A program made the position numbers and the translations under genes. From the human T2T-CHM13v2.0 reference genome, Homo sapiens, in NCBI RefSeq assembly GCF_009914755.1, contig NC_060932.1: DNA of 64,000 nucleotides, one strand, 5' to 3'. This document shows, in pieces, positions 14,023 through 26,200 of this stretch. The notes beneath the pieces were generated by a model. It saw nothing but the letters and a program-made list of their open reading frames with translations. It did no database searches and had not been told where the DNA came from. Each line of letters starts with the position of its first letter. Positions within the stretch are counted from its first letter, which is position 1.

Positions 14023-14557
14023 TGTATTAGGGTTCTGTAGAGGGACAGGATTAATAGGATAGATGTACATATAACAGGAACCTTATTAGAACTGACTCCC
14101 ATGATCACAAGGTAAAGTCCCACAATAGGCCATCTGCTGCAAGCTGAGGAGCAAGGATGTCAGTCTGAGTCCCAAAACCTCAAAACGGGGGAAGCTAACA
14201 ATGCTCCCTTCAGTCTGTAGCCCAAGGCTTCAGAGCCCCTGGCAAGCTACTGGTGTAAATCCAAGAGTCTAAAAGCTGAAGAACTTGGAGTCAGATGTTC
14301 AAGGGCAGGAAGCATCCAGCACAGGAGAAAGATGAAGGCTGGAGGGCTCAGCCTGTCTAGTCCTTCCACGTTCCTCTGCCTGCTTTTATCCTAGCCATGC
14401 TGGTAACTGATTAGATGGTGCCCACCCCGGTTGAGGGTGGGTCTGCCTCTCCCAGCCTACTGACTGAAATGTTTAATCTCCTTTGGCAACACCCGCAGAC
14501 ACACCCAGAAACAATACTTTCCATCCTTCAATCAAGTTGACAACATTAACCGTCACA
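14023..14557 (-). mobile_element. Solo LTR, MLT2A family (HERV-L LTR)
   Basis: TG...CA termini (TGTATTAGGG...CCGTCACA), MLT2A-like body, and a 5-bp TSD GCCTC at 14018-14022 and 14558-14562. Unit 3 has the empty site (TGGCCTCTT, ~39973). Confidence 0.93.
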
Positions 14558-14799
14558 GCCTCTCATTGTGTTTGGACAATGAGAAGCTCCACGTGAGACA
14601 AAGGAGGGACAAAGACAGCAGTGTGCATGACAGCCCCCATCAAAGGTCATCTTGAGCTGCCTGTGTTCAACTGAAGGTGGCTGCGGTGTCAAGGTGGTTG
14701 TCTCTTAGTATCCCAAAATCCATCTCCAAGCATCTCTTCTAACACCCAAAGTCTGTAAATAGCTCCTGTTGTTTGTCCTGGGATTGCTAACCTGTATGC

Positions 14800-15002
14800 C
14801 AGCAGTCCTCAGTATGTTTCCTGGACCATCAATTACCTGGAAACTTACTGGAAACATGAGTTCTTGTTTCTCCTACCACCCCCTCTACCCACCCCCGCCA
14901 CCAACTACGAGAGCAGAAATTCCAGGGGGTAACCTAGCAACCGGTGCCTGAACAAGCTCCTCCAGAAGAGTCTGATGCCCACTAAAGTCTGAGCTCTCCT
15001 GC
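14800..15002. mobile_element. MER5A-like hAT MITE (homologue ~40200-40370)
   Basis: ACCTGGAAACTTACTGGAAA...CTAGCAACC...AACAAGCTCCTCCAG...CTGATGCCCACTAAAGTCTGAG matches the MER5A pattern. Present in units 1 and 3. Confidence 0.75.
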
Positions 15003-15060
15003 TCAGGATCACAAAGCCGCCTAGGCTGCATTCCCTTGTGGGCCTGACAGGCTCACATCC

Positions 15061-15131
15061 TGTCAGCTTGGATTGAAGGATGTAAATTATTGTTTCTGGG
15101 TGTGTCTTCGAGGATGTTGCCAAAGGAGATT
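15061..15131 (+). mobile_element. ~70-bp MLT2A fragment, an inverted copy of 14476-14543
   Basis: Its reverse complement aligns to the end of the adjacent MLT2A LTR. Absent in unit 3 (~40420). Confidence 0.85.
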
Positions 15132-15499
15132 CCCATTCTGCATGGTCTCTCCTTGAATCACTGAGTTCAAGGGGGCCACGTGTTTCCTGTCAGATCTCCT
15201 TTGATGCCTCAATGTTGTGAAGCTACACTTGCATTGTGACTATTGATCACTGCAGTGATGTGGCTGCAAGGAAGGACAGATGCCTTAGGTTTCTGGATAA
15301 TCCTTAGGGTGGTGTTTCCAGGATGAGTGTCTTATTTTCCTCCCATACTAAAGAGGCTTAGGTAGCTCAGCCCAAGTTACTATACTGGGGAGATGATGGC
15401 ATCAAACAGCCTCGTTGTCACGGAGGCCCTGTTTGGAATAATGAAGGCAGACTGTGTTGTCTCAAACTGTTTAGCTTCTCACTGATGCCTACAAAGTCA

Positions 15500-17280
15500 C
15501 CATCCCCTAATACCAAACTAGATAGGGAAGCCATGGCTGACTCCCAATTCCGTCACTGCAGAGGTTGTGATATCCCAACTTCAAATTCCCGGTAGGATCC
15601 CAGTCTGGATATGTGGGCTCAGGACTTGATATTTGGGGGGGATCAAGACCTGGGTGCCTGTGACATTGGGCACATCCTGTTGGTTGGGATATCACTGAGG
15701 TTACAAAATTACCTCTCCTGGCCTCTTATTTTGAGGCTATAAACCTCTCATCTTGGGCCTTAAGTAGTGGTTCACAAGCAAACCCAGGGTACATGGAAGG
15801 AAAGATGCCTTAACAGTGACTTATCTTTAGAAAACAAAGATGCTCTGTTGTTCCCCCAAACAGATCAATGTTATAGCTACCCCTAGACACAAACAGCATG
15901 TGAATATGAAATGAATAAACCTAAAGCAATGTTGTCTGGCAGGATACTCCCTTCACATCAGCTGTGTGTGGCATGAGTTGAGGGTGAGGGTGAAGCTCAG
16001 TCTTGGGAGCAGGCACCAAGGATGCCTGAACTTCCTGCTGTTGAAGTTTCCTGGAGCCTTCCAGACCTGAGCCAGCTCTGTACTGTATTAGCATTTTACT
16101 GTGCAATACGATTTTTTTTGGCCTGGTACATCAGGTGGCATCCAGCTTGTGGGCCAAAGTTCAGCCACTGGGACTCTTCAGCATCTGATAGTCTTTTAGG
16201 TGTTTATTGCTACCAAGACCCTGAAAGAAACCAGGAGTTAATTTCTAAATGTAGAGCACTTACTGGCAGAAACAAGCACAGCTCACCCATTTCCTGGAAC
16301 CCATGTTGTCATTCAATCTGGGCTTACCAGTAGCTGCATGTAGCCTCTGCCACAGACTCCCACTGGCATACCTGCTGAGACACAGGACTTGAGGAATGGC
16401 AGTCTGGACATGGCAAAGCGTTTCTCTTGCTGTGTCAAACCCATAATAGCAGTTGTAAGAATAACCTGGTTAGTGGATCTGAGTGGACTCCCCAAGTGTT
16501 AGATGCCCTCCAAGTCTCAGCCTACCAAGAAATGTCTCAACATTTAGTGCAAAAGCAGCAGCTCACCTCTCATTCTTAATAGGCTGTCCTGACAAGTTCC
16601 AGATCACAGTACCTAGCAGTGACCCTGGGTACGCTCCTACCTCAGAACCCTCGTTGCATGTCTGAAGCACATGCCTGATACTAAAGGCAGGATGCTTTGT
16701 CTATGTTAAGAAGCCAGCAGGACAGAGCTCTGACCAGAAAGAACATGTCCCCAGCAATGGTGTGTCCTGGCCTGGGGTAAAAACTGTTCTCATTACCCAG
16801 GGGAATTGGCTCCATGAGCAAGAGCTGCTTGGAACAAGCACTTGCCTGGAGATGTTAGTGATCAGGTCGACCTCTGGAGGCCTCCCCTGACTCCCTCAGC
16901 TTCCAAGGAGGTGGCTGTTCTGCCTGGCACTGCTCCTATCTCCCTCAGGGTAGAGGCAGGACAGTGGCTAGGAGGTCCATTTAGGTCCGTCTACTTCAAA
17001 GCTTTGGAGTTACAGAGCTTCCATGGGATGCCAGAGCTCCTTACATACATCGTATCCCCTGAGATTTTTCTCCCTGACCTTGACCAGTCTCGTGGAGTGT
17101 CCTGAAGGAAGTCTTCCAGGTGGTCTGCTCCACGAATATCTCTGGGAGGCCTGAATTTACTGTGAAAATAGTACCGAAAACCACCTAGAAGCCCAAGGCT
17201 GGCTCAATTTCCTGTTTCTGGAATTGGGAGCACACTGATCATTCGGGAGTGGGTCCTGGTTCCACAGTTCTGCTAGTCTA
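15500..17280 (-). mobile_element. ERV-L protease-RT-RNase H remnant, unit 1
   Basis: RTHS...PIPE (cf. RTHPVVISPVPE), IGAVPG (IAAAVPD), TSPGKC (NTSPGTW), LRSTNQVI...QQEK (LLRPIYRVT...EQEK). Confidence 0.8.
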
Positions 17281-17289
17281 TTTTCTCTC

Positions 17290-17560
17290 CAGATCTTGTC
17301 ACTTTCATGAATATACCTTCAAATTCCTTGACTTTCTCCTCTATCATCGCCTTCCCGCTACCTTGCGCATCCAGCGAGTTTTAAACCTTACATGTATAAC
17401 TCAATCCTGAAATTTCCATTGTTTATTTCTTTTTAATATTCCACTTGTTGGAAGTATTCACAATTGCTTGTTGGATTATTTTCTAAATCCTTTAATCCTG
17501 ATATTAGTGTCTTCTCAGTGCTCACATCTGATTCTTATTCAAACTGAAATGTTTTCTGGA
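17290..17560 (-). mobile_element. Old L1 (L1M-type) fragment shared with unit 3 (~42570-42900)
   Basis: T-rich L1-like string CATCCAG(C/T)GAGTTTT at the equivalent position in units 1 and 3. Confidence 0.5.
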
Positions 17561-17599
17561 TCTTGGTACCATGGGTAAACCTAGGATGAATATTATAAA

Positions 17600-17900
17600 A
17601 CTTTGGGTTTTACTAATAGGTCCTGTCTTTGCATGCAGTCCACCTGTTAACCTAATTGACACTTGGCCAGCGACCTGTGAAAGTGCTGTGCATCTGAACA
17701 TAAACTCCTGTGGTACACCTCTGACCAATCTCCCTCCCCACCCAGATGAGGAGACGCCACCCTGGGTCTCCTCAGCACCAGAGTGTATAGGGCTGCTGGG
17801 TGCCTCGTTACCGCAGGAGGGAAGTGTGGTGGAAATCTGCACCCTTCTCGCAGGCTTGAGCAAGAGGTGGGCAGCCCCTCATTACTGCAGGGGGTGAGAG
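17600..17900 (-). mobile_element. ERV-L gag C-terminal remnant
   Basis: AVTRHPAALYTLVL (cf. VRAAPASLKSPVI) and AGQVS (RGQVA), lying upstream of the protease remnant as expected. Confidence 0.45.
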
Positions 17901-20733
17901 AGAAGGTTCTTCCCACGAGCTCTGCTGCATCATACCACTCTCAATTCATGCCTGCTTGCTTGGCAACAGCACAGATTCTAATCTTTTGAGGCTCGTTGAT
18001 GGCTTTTGGGTCTTTTTAATAGAGAAAGGGGATTGATAATGTGAAATTATGGACAACACAAAGAAGCCAAAAGAGGTGTATATGGATACTCAAGTCTTAA
18101 AAACCCTGTAGCAGTGAAGGGAGACACAAGGTCCCCAATGTCCGTGTGACCATACCCTGGGATTCCGTCCTTCCAAAGAGTGCTGACCCCATCTCACTCC
18201 ACACAAATGGAATGCCTTTTTGCCCTCTCAGGATGGAGGACTCTGTCCTGATCTGAAGTGGTCAGAAACACCAGGAGTGTGGAGAAACGAGCCTCCCACC
18301 AGTGGCCTCTATGTAGTTGAGGGTTTGGAGTAAAACTGGCAGAATGAGGCGGTTGCCTTGTACTCATGCCTCAAGTCATAGGTTCCCTTTCCTTTACGCA
18401 AAAGGTGACCACTTCTGTCTGCACGGGCTCTCATGATCCTCTCCAGAGACAACACTCAAGTTGAGTCCCTGTTACATACAGTCACAGGATCCTCAAGGCT
18501 TTGAAGTCACGAGGCTCTGGGGTTCTGAGTTGACTCCCAGAGGGGCCATGGTTTCTTCTGCTCCCCAATCTCCAGCCCTAGGAGCTGAGGAGAAAGGAGT
18601 CGCATGCAGCCTGAAATCCCAGGGGGCTCATACAGGTCTCCACTCAATACCAGGCTTTGCTGCCTCTCTCCTTCCTGGTACTGGCTTGGATTCTCCACCC
18701 TCAGCCTGGCCTCTGTGTTCCTTTGAGATTTACAGCCTCCTTGCACATGTGGGATTTCTGCCTATCAGGTCATGATATGCCTGGGGATCTTGTAGCTGGG
18801 CCCTGAAGGGCTGGCTCTCTGGACTGGATGAACACATAGCCCCAGGATACTTGCGAGCTCCAGGAATCCTGCCAGGCCACACCATCTCTATTCTTGCCAG
18901 CATCTGTTGCACTTCCCTCATGTCCATCAAGGGTGGATCCTCTATGGCAGAAAGCATGTTGGGGTCCACACTGCTCCCTAGGGTGATCTCTGCCCTGGAG
19001 AACATCATCTACTATCTGTTCTGCAGGATCCCCTGCCACCTTCTTGGAAAATATCTTACCTCCTAACAGGCTCTGACCTTTTCCCAAAACCAGGGTCTCA
19101 ATCCAGACTGCTATTCTCTTACTAGTAGTTGTGACATGGTTTGTTCATTAAATTGCTACTGATGTATGGGGCTAAACTCTTGTAATCTGAATCCCCCCTG
19201 AACAAGCAGATTTCAGTCTCTCCCAGACCTGCTGGGAGGATGGGGTCTGATGGGTTTGGTATGAATACTGTCTGGTCTGGTAATCCACACACATGCTTAG
19301 CTTAATTTCATGTCATTTCCCAGCTACTTATTGGCTGGTCCTCATTGTCCCAGTTTGGGTTGTTGGTGGCGGCACCTCTACCCCACAGCTTCACCAAAAG
19401 GCTCTGCATTCTGGTCCCCTCTCTACATCTGCACCTATAGTATAGCTCTAAGCTCCACCTGACATCCTCTAACACCTACCCATCCCTATTCAGGGATCTC
19501 ATAGGGTCCACAAAAACGGGGTGGTTCTGGCTGAAGTCGACTCCCTTATGTCAGCAGGATCACAGCCGCTGTTAGGAGGCAGGAAGAAGTCAGGCCAATG
19601 CATAGCGCTTTCTGTTCTTACAGCACTAATAAGGCTTTTGAGAATCTAGGGACAACTTTCTTCCTGAGCTACAGCTTGGAGGGACATCTGATGAAACTGA
19701 ACCAAATACCGAAAACATCCTTGAGACCTAATCGGATCCATAGAGTCCGGGGCCTCATTTGTTTCTGCCTCTGGTTATAGTCAGGGTGCCCAAAGAGGAT
19801 TGAGCCCAAGCAATGCTGTTCTGTTAATCAGAGGTGACTGGCTATGTGGGTGATGAACACAAGAGATGTTCACTCTTGCCTTTCAATGGGCAATGGCTTC
19901 TTGAGATGGTGAAACTGCCAAAGATCTGCACTCAGTTTCTGGCAAAAATAGCCAGCGGACAAGTCTATAGTTCCCAGAAGACTGAAATGCCGGAATTACT
20001 TTAAGCCAACAAACAGCAATGTGTGATGTTAAGAAGTCTGCTTGGAAACACTTGGGCAGATCTTGGGAGTCTTAGGAATTCTACCTCACTTCCTGAAAAG
20101 CAGGTGCGGTTATGTCATGTTCATGACTGAGTCCTTGAGGGAGATCCAGGTCTGCAGTCTGTTCTGTAGGGCCCAGGCTGCAGGCCCCCAGGTGGTGGGA
20201 ATAGGGCAGACCTGCCGATTTGGACTATTTTGAAAGTTGAGCAACCTACGAACTTGGTCCTGCTGGATATTTCACTAACAGAATGCAGTTAGATGGAGGG
20301 AATGTTAAAGTGAACACTCATAAACCCAGAAAGATGGAATTTTACTAGCAGACTAGACACATTTCCGTGCCTTTGCCAGTCACTTGCTGAAGGCAAAACA
20401 AATCAACAGTGACAGGTGTGACAAAAATGGCCATATTTTTATCTTTGATTCCATTTAGATACTTGCATCTTCTGAGACTGTATACAGCTGCCTACTTATT
20501 TCTGTTGCTGTCTAATCTATGAATATACACCGAGCTTGTCTGTTCTATTGAGATAACACACATGTGGTATCACAGACTGTCATGGTTAGTGCTCACATAG
20601 TACTGGATGTGGAAACTGGTAATCACATCTTTCCTCTTCTGTTGTCTGTACACCTTGCTGTGAAAGCCCCGAGTTACAGGCTTTGTATGATTGGCTTCGG
20701 GAGCATTTCAAATGTCCTTTCAAAAGAACATGT

Positions 20734-21018
<285 letters not shown>

Positions 21019-22729
21019 TGCTGCTTTCTTTGCTCAGTGTATGAAAGTCGCTGGTCTACATACCTGCCAGCACTTGGGAATGTCAGTCTTTAAACTCAGC
21101 CCTGCTGATGGCTTGGTAGCAGAATCTTGAAGTGGTAGTTGAGTTCCTGAAGTTTTATTTCTTCACAATTACACTTGCTATCTGATTATAAAACACACAA
21201 GGTGTTCTTGTCAACATGATACCTGTCATAATGACCAGACTTCTTACGTATTTGCCAGGACAGCACAAGGGAGTGGTCATCATGGCACTGATCTGGGTAT
21301 TTCTATGGGGGATGGGGTGAGTGGGGGTGGGGGTGGGGGTGGGGTATCCTATATCATCTGAACATCTGAAACTTCTTTTGCAACTTCATTCTATAACCTG
21401 GGATCCAGTGAGTAAACAGGTCCCAATTACAAAGGTCTGGCTGCAAGATAGAAGAACCACCTTTTTCCTCAGCCCTGGAAATTCTGTGGTTCTTCCCCCT
21501 TCCTGGGGGGCCTCAGTCCTATAACAATAGATTTGGATCAGAAAGTGTTTTCCACTCACTCGGATCTAGAGCTGACTTCTGTTCTTACTCCAGAAATCAT
21601 TGATTTATCAGGTCACCGAGTTCCCCTCCCTTTCCAGCCTCTGCCTGGGTTCATGTACTCGATGTGGCTTTGGGCAGCTTGCAGCTGACCACATACCTAT
21701 GGGGAAAGGCTTCCTGCATCTGGTCTTCAAGTACTGGGGTATTCAGCCAACGATGCTTCCCTCTTAAGTGGGCTCTGACTTAGGAATTTTCCTTGCATTC
21801 AAAAAAAACATAAGAAAATGCCTGTTCCACATCATAAGTTGGCAATTTTTGGGGTCATCAGCAGTTTTGTGAGTCCTCCCAATCTCCCCTGCATGGTCGC
21901 TGCAGGTCTTAGCTGTGTTCTGTTTCCAGAGTAACTGCTGCTGGGGGTGGTGGTAACACCCCAGCCCGAGACCTGACCCTGAGGAAGGTAGATACTAATC
22001 ACCTGTTGTATTCTCACTACTTTCTAAATGAAATTGAAGGATTTGCTTTGAACTTGGTGTCTGAGGGACCTTCTACCTTACCTATCAATATATTTCCTAG
22101 CAGAGAGCACAAGACAGTTTGTAAGGCCTCTGAAGTGGATGAAAGACAACTGATGTCAAAATGAAGGTAAAATATGATCTTTGCGACAGGTTTCTGGAAA
22201 AGGATCCCAGGTATGGCTTTGGAGTGTGTGAAGTTGAGGACCAACTTGCCTTTTACTGAGGTACAATCAACTATCATTCTATAAAGTTCCTTACTAAAGG
22301 AGGACATTGTCCAATCTTCCAACATGGTTGTGACGGGAAGCCTTTCTAAATGTGGGCTCCTGTACAGTACAATGAGCACAACAGTGTCCATGGAAATCCA
22401 AAACTCAAGACCTTGGCCATCATCATGATAGGTCATGAGCATGTGGAGACCATGTGGCCATGACACTCTAAGGATCCTCAATCTCGAGGAAGTGGCCAGT
22501 CCTCAAATGTAGGAGTAGGTGTATCATAAAGTCACAAGAGTAGAGATAAGGCAAGGCTTTGCAAACCTTCATAAGGACTTCTTGGCTTTTGCTTTAACTG
22601 AAATAGGAATGGATGGGTGAGCTTTGAATGGTAGGCCTTGTATTTTAAGAATCTCACTGGCTCTGTGTGGAAAACAGATTTTAAGGGAAAAAAGACCGGT
22701 TAGAAGCACTATGCAGAAGTCCAGGTGTG

Positions 22730-23058
22730 GGCCAGGTACAGTGGCTCACGCCTATAATCCCAGCACTTTAGGAGGCCGAGGCAGGTGGATCACCTGAGGG
22801 TCAGGAGTTCGAGATTAGCCTGGCCAACATGGTGAAACCCCTTCTCTACTAGAAATACAAAAAATTAGCTGGGCATGGTGGTGGGCACCTGTAATCTCAG
22901 CTACTCTGGAGGCTGAGGCAGGAGAATCACCTGAATCCGGGAAGTGGAGGTTGTTAGTGAGCCAAGATCGTGCCATTGTACTCCAGCCTGGGTGACTGAA
23001 CAAGACTATCTTTTTTTTTTTTTTTTTTTTTTTTGTTTGTTTGTTTTTTAAAAAAAAA
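22730..23058 (+). mobile_element. AluS element with a T-rich (inverted) tail
   Basis: Alu body 22730-23010, T-tract 23011-23049, A9. TSD remnant CAGGTGT at 22722-22728 and 23059-23065. Unit 3 has the empty site (~35795-35820). Confidence 0.97.
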
Positions 23059-23249
23059 CAGGTGTAAAGTGGTAGCTTAGTCCAGGTGTGCATGGGCATG
23101 GAGGTGAGAATTGGTCAGATATGAGCCCATGTGGCAGGAAGAACTGACAATTTCTGGATACTTGAGGTGGGAATACTATATATGGAAAATTCTGAGAAAG
23201 TCGCAAGTTTGGCATAAGTTTGATAGGCATAAAAACTGCTAATTTCTTA

Positions 23250-26200
23250 ACTTTCAAACTTGCTTTACTTCTTAAATCTTACTAATTGGCAAACAACTGC
23301 ATATCCACGGGATGCGTAGCCATCTTTTGATACATAATTATAGTGATAATAGGGTAATTAGCATATCCATCATCTCAAACATTCAATATCCTCCTCCTAG
23401 CTATTTGAAACCAGGTAACTATAGTCATCCTACAGTGCTATAGAACATGAGAACCTCATTCCTATCTAGCTGTAACTCTGTATCCTTTAACAAGTCTCTC
23501 CCTGCCCCGCCCCCGCTACCCTTTCCAGCCTCCAGCATTGTCCTACTTATCAGATCAACTTTTTTAGTTTTCACATATAAGCGAGAACATGTGGTGTTAA
23601 CTTTGTTCCCGACTTATTTCACTTCATGTCCTCCAGTTCCATCCATGTTGCTGTGAATGACAGGATTTTATTCTTTTTTATGGCTGAGTAATACATACCA
23701 CACTTTCTTTACCCATTTCTGTTGGACACTTAGGTTGATTCCATATCTTGGCTATTGTGGATAGTTCTGCAATGAACATGGGGGTACAGATGTCTCCTTA
23801 ACATCCCAAGGAAAGGAAATTAACATAAGTTTCTGGTAGCAGGATTGCTGGATCACATGGTGTAGTTCTACTTGGAGTTTTTAGAAGGGACGACCTCCAT
23901 ACTGTTCCCCAGTGTCTGTACTAGTTTATATTCCCACCAACAGTGTATAAATCCTCTTTTCTGCATCCTTGCCAGTGCTTATTTTTTTGTCTTTTGATAA
24001 GAGCCATCCTCACTGAGGTGAGATGATACCTCATTGTTGCTTTGATTCGCATTTCCCAATGACAAGTAATGTTAAATATTTTTTCATACTTGGCCATTTG
24101 TGTGTCTTCCTTTAAGAAATGTCCACTCTGATTTGGCCTTTTTAAAAACTGGAATTTTCTCTTGATATTTGAGTTCTTTGTATATTCTGGATATAAATTC
24201 CCCTTAACAGACAAGTAATTCGCAGGTATATTTCTCCCATTCTGTAAGCTGTCTCTTCAGTGTTTCCTATGCTGTGCAGAAGCTTTAGTTTGGTATAATC
24301 CCTTTTATTTTTCCTTTTGCTTCCTGTGCTTTTTGAGGTCTTACCCATAACCTTTTCCCAGACTCGTAGTCCTGAAGTGTTTCCCCTATGTCTTCTAGTA
24401 GTTCTGTTTTGGATCTAACATTTAGGTCTCTGATTCATATTTTGAGTTAATCTTTGTATAGGGTGAGAGAAAGGGGAGGGTTGGTGTCTAGTTCTACTCT
24501 TCTGCATTTGGGTATCTAGTTCTCACAGTACCATTTATTGAAGAGACTATACTTTCCCCAATGAGCGTTCTTGGCACCTTTTGTCAAAAGTGACTTGGCT
24601 ATAGACATGTGACTTGTTTTATTGGTCTGTATATGGTTTTTATGCTATTACCATGTTATTCTAGCTACTACAGGTTTGTAGTACATCTTGATGTCTGGTA
24701 CTATGATACCTTCAGTGTTTTTTGCTCAGAAGTTTTTGGCTTTCTGGGGTCTTTGGTTCCATTAAAAACTTCAGGAAATTTGTTTTATATTTTTGTGAAG
24801 AATGTCATTAGTACTTTGATTAGGGATTGTGTTGACTCTATAGATTACTTTGGGGTAATAAGGACACTTTTGATCTCAGTCTAAGTGTGGGATGCCTTTC
24901 CATCTGTTTGTATTCTGTTTTCTCAGTTTGTAAGTTTTCCTTGTAGAGGTTTTATTACCTTCTTGGTTACATTTTATTTATAGGTATTTTTGGTAGGTTC
25001 TTGAGATTGTCTTTCTCTTTCAGCTAGTTCGTTGTTCACATGTAGAAATGCTACTGACTTTTACGTGCTTTGTATATTGTAACTTAATCTGTTTATCAGT
25101 GAGGAGTTTTTTGGTAGCATCTTTAGGTTTTTCTATATAAGATGTCACTTGAAAATGCTGACAATTTGACTTACTCCTTTTCAATTTGGATGCCCTGTAT
25201 TTCTTTTGCATAATTGTTCTGGCAAGGACTTCCAGTACTATGTTGAATAAGAGTGGTGACAATAGGCATCCTTGTCTTGTTCCAATGCTTAGAGGAAAAG
25301 CTCTTAGCTTTTGCCCATTCTAGGATGTTAACTATAGGGTTATCACATGTGCAACAGGCTCTTTCCTACTGCCCAGATAGAGCCAATTTAATAAGACAGG
25401 GGAATTGCAGTGGGGTTTTACACACGCAGAGCCAGCTAAATGAGAGACTAGAATTTTATTGCTCAAATCAGCCTCCCCAAGAATTGAGGCTAGAATTTTT
25501 CAAAGACAGTTTGGGGAATAGGGGTGGCTAAGCAGTGGATGCTGCTGATTGGTTGGGAGTGCAATCACAGGGGTGTGGGAAATGGTCCTTGTGTATGCTG
25601 AGTTGCTTCTGGATGGGGCCACGAGTGGTTGGTGGGTCTGGGTGGAACCATCAGTTGTCAAAAATGGGGGAAAAAAAACCATCTTTGCCAATCTTAAGTT
25701 CTTTAGTAGTGATATTATCTGCAGGAGTAACTGGAAGTTGCAAATCTTGTGACCTCTAGAATAATGGCTGATAATTGTTTGCCTACACTTTAGCAGAGTT
25801 TTTAGGCTCCTCTTATCCTTCCAACCTGGTGGGATCTCTCTAGCTTTACAAAGGTAGCTGAATTTGGGGAAGGGCTATTTTCATTTAGACTATAAACTAA
25901 ATATTTTCCAAAGTGAGCTTGGCCTAAAGGCCCAGGAAACAAGAGCAGTTTTGGAGGATAAAGACAGCAGTTGGTTAGATCAGATCCTTCATTTTCATAA
26001 CTTTGTTATATTGAAACTGCCTTTGCAAAAACATATTGCCCTTATTGAAGTGTACTTTTCTCTATACCTAATTTTTTTAAGGGTTTTATCATGAAGGGGC
26101 ATTGAATTTTTATCAAGCTGTTTCTGCATCTATTCAGATCATGGTTTTTTCTGTTGATGGATCATGTCTGTTGATTTGTGTATGTTGAACAAACTTTGCA

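Larger units (their letters stand above)
4900..17950. repeat. Ancient tandem segmental repeat, unit 1 (~13 kb)
   Basis: Colinear homology to 18.0-29.5 kb and 29.5-42.9 kb. Examples: GGAATCCTG(C/T)CAGGCCACACCATCT at ~5701, ~18863, ~30358; TTAGGAA(T/G)TCTACC at ~7169, ~20072, ~31888; GAGTGGTCA at ~8112, ~21271, ~32810; CTTCCT(G/A)CT(G/A)TTGAA at ~16031, ~28604, ~41288. Confidence 0.92.

Noticed and set aside
22017-22481. 154-aa minus-strand ORF as a gene
   Set aside because: Non-ATG start, no recognisable domain, and no support from the partial homologue in unit 3.
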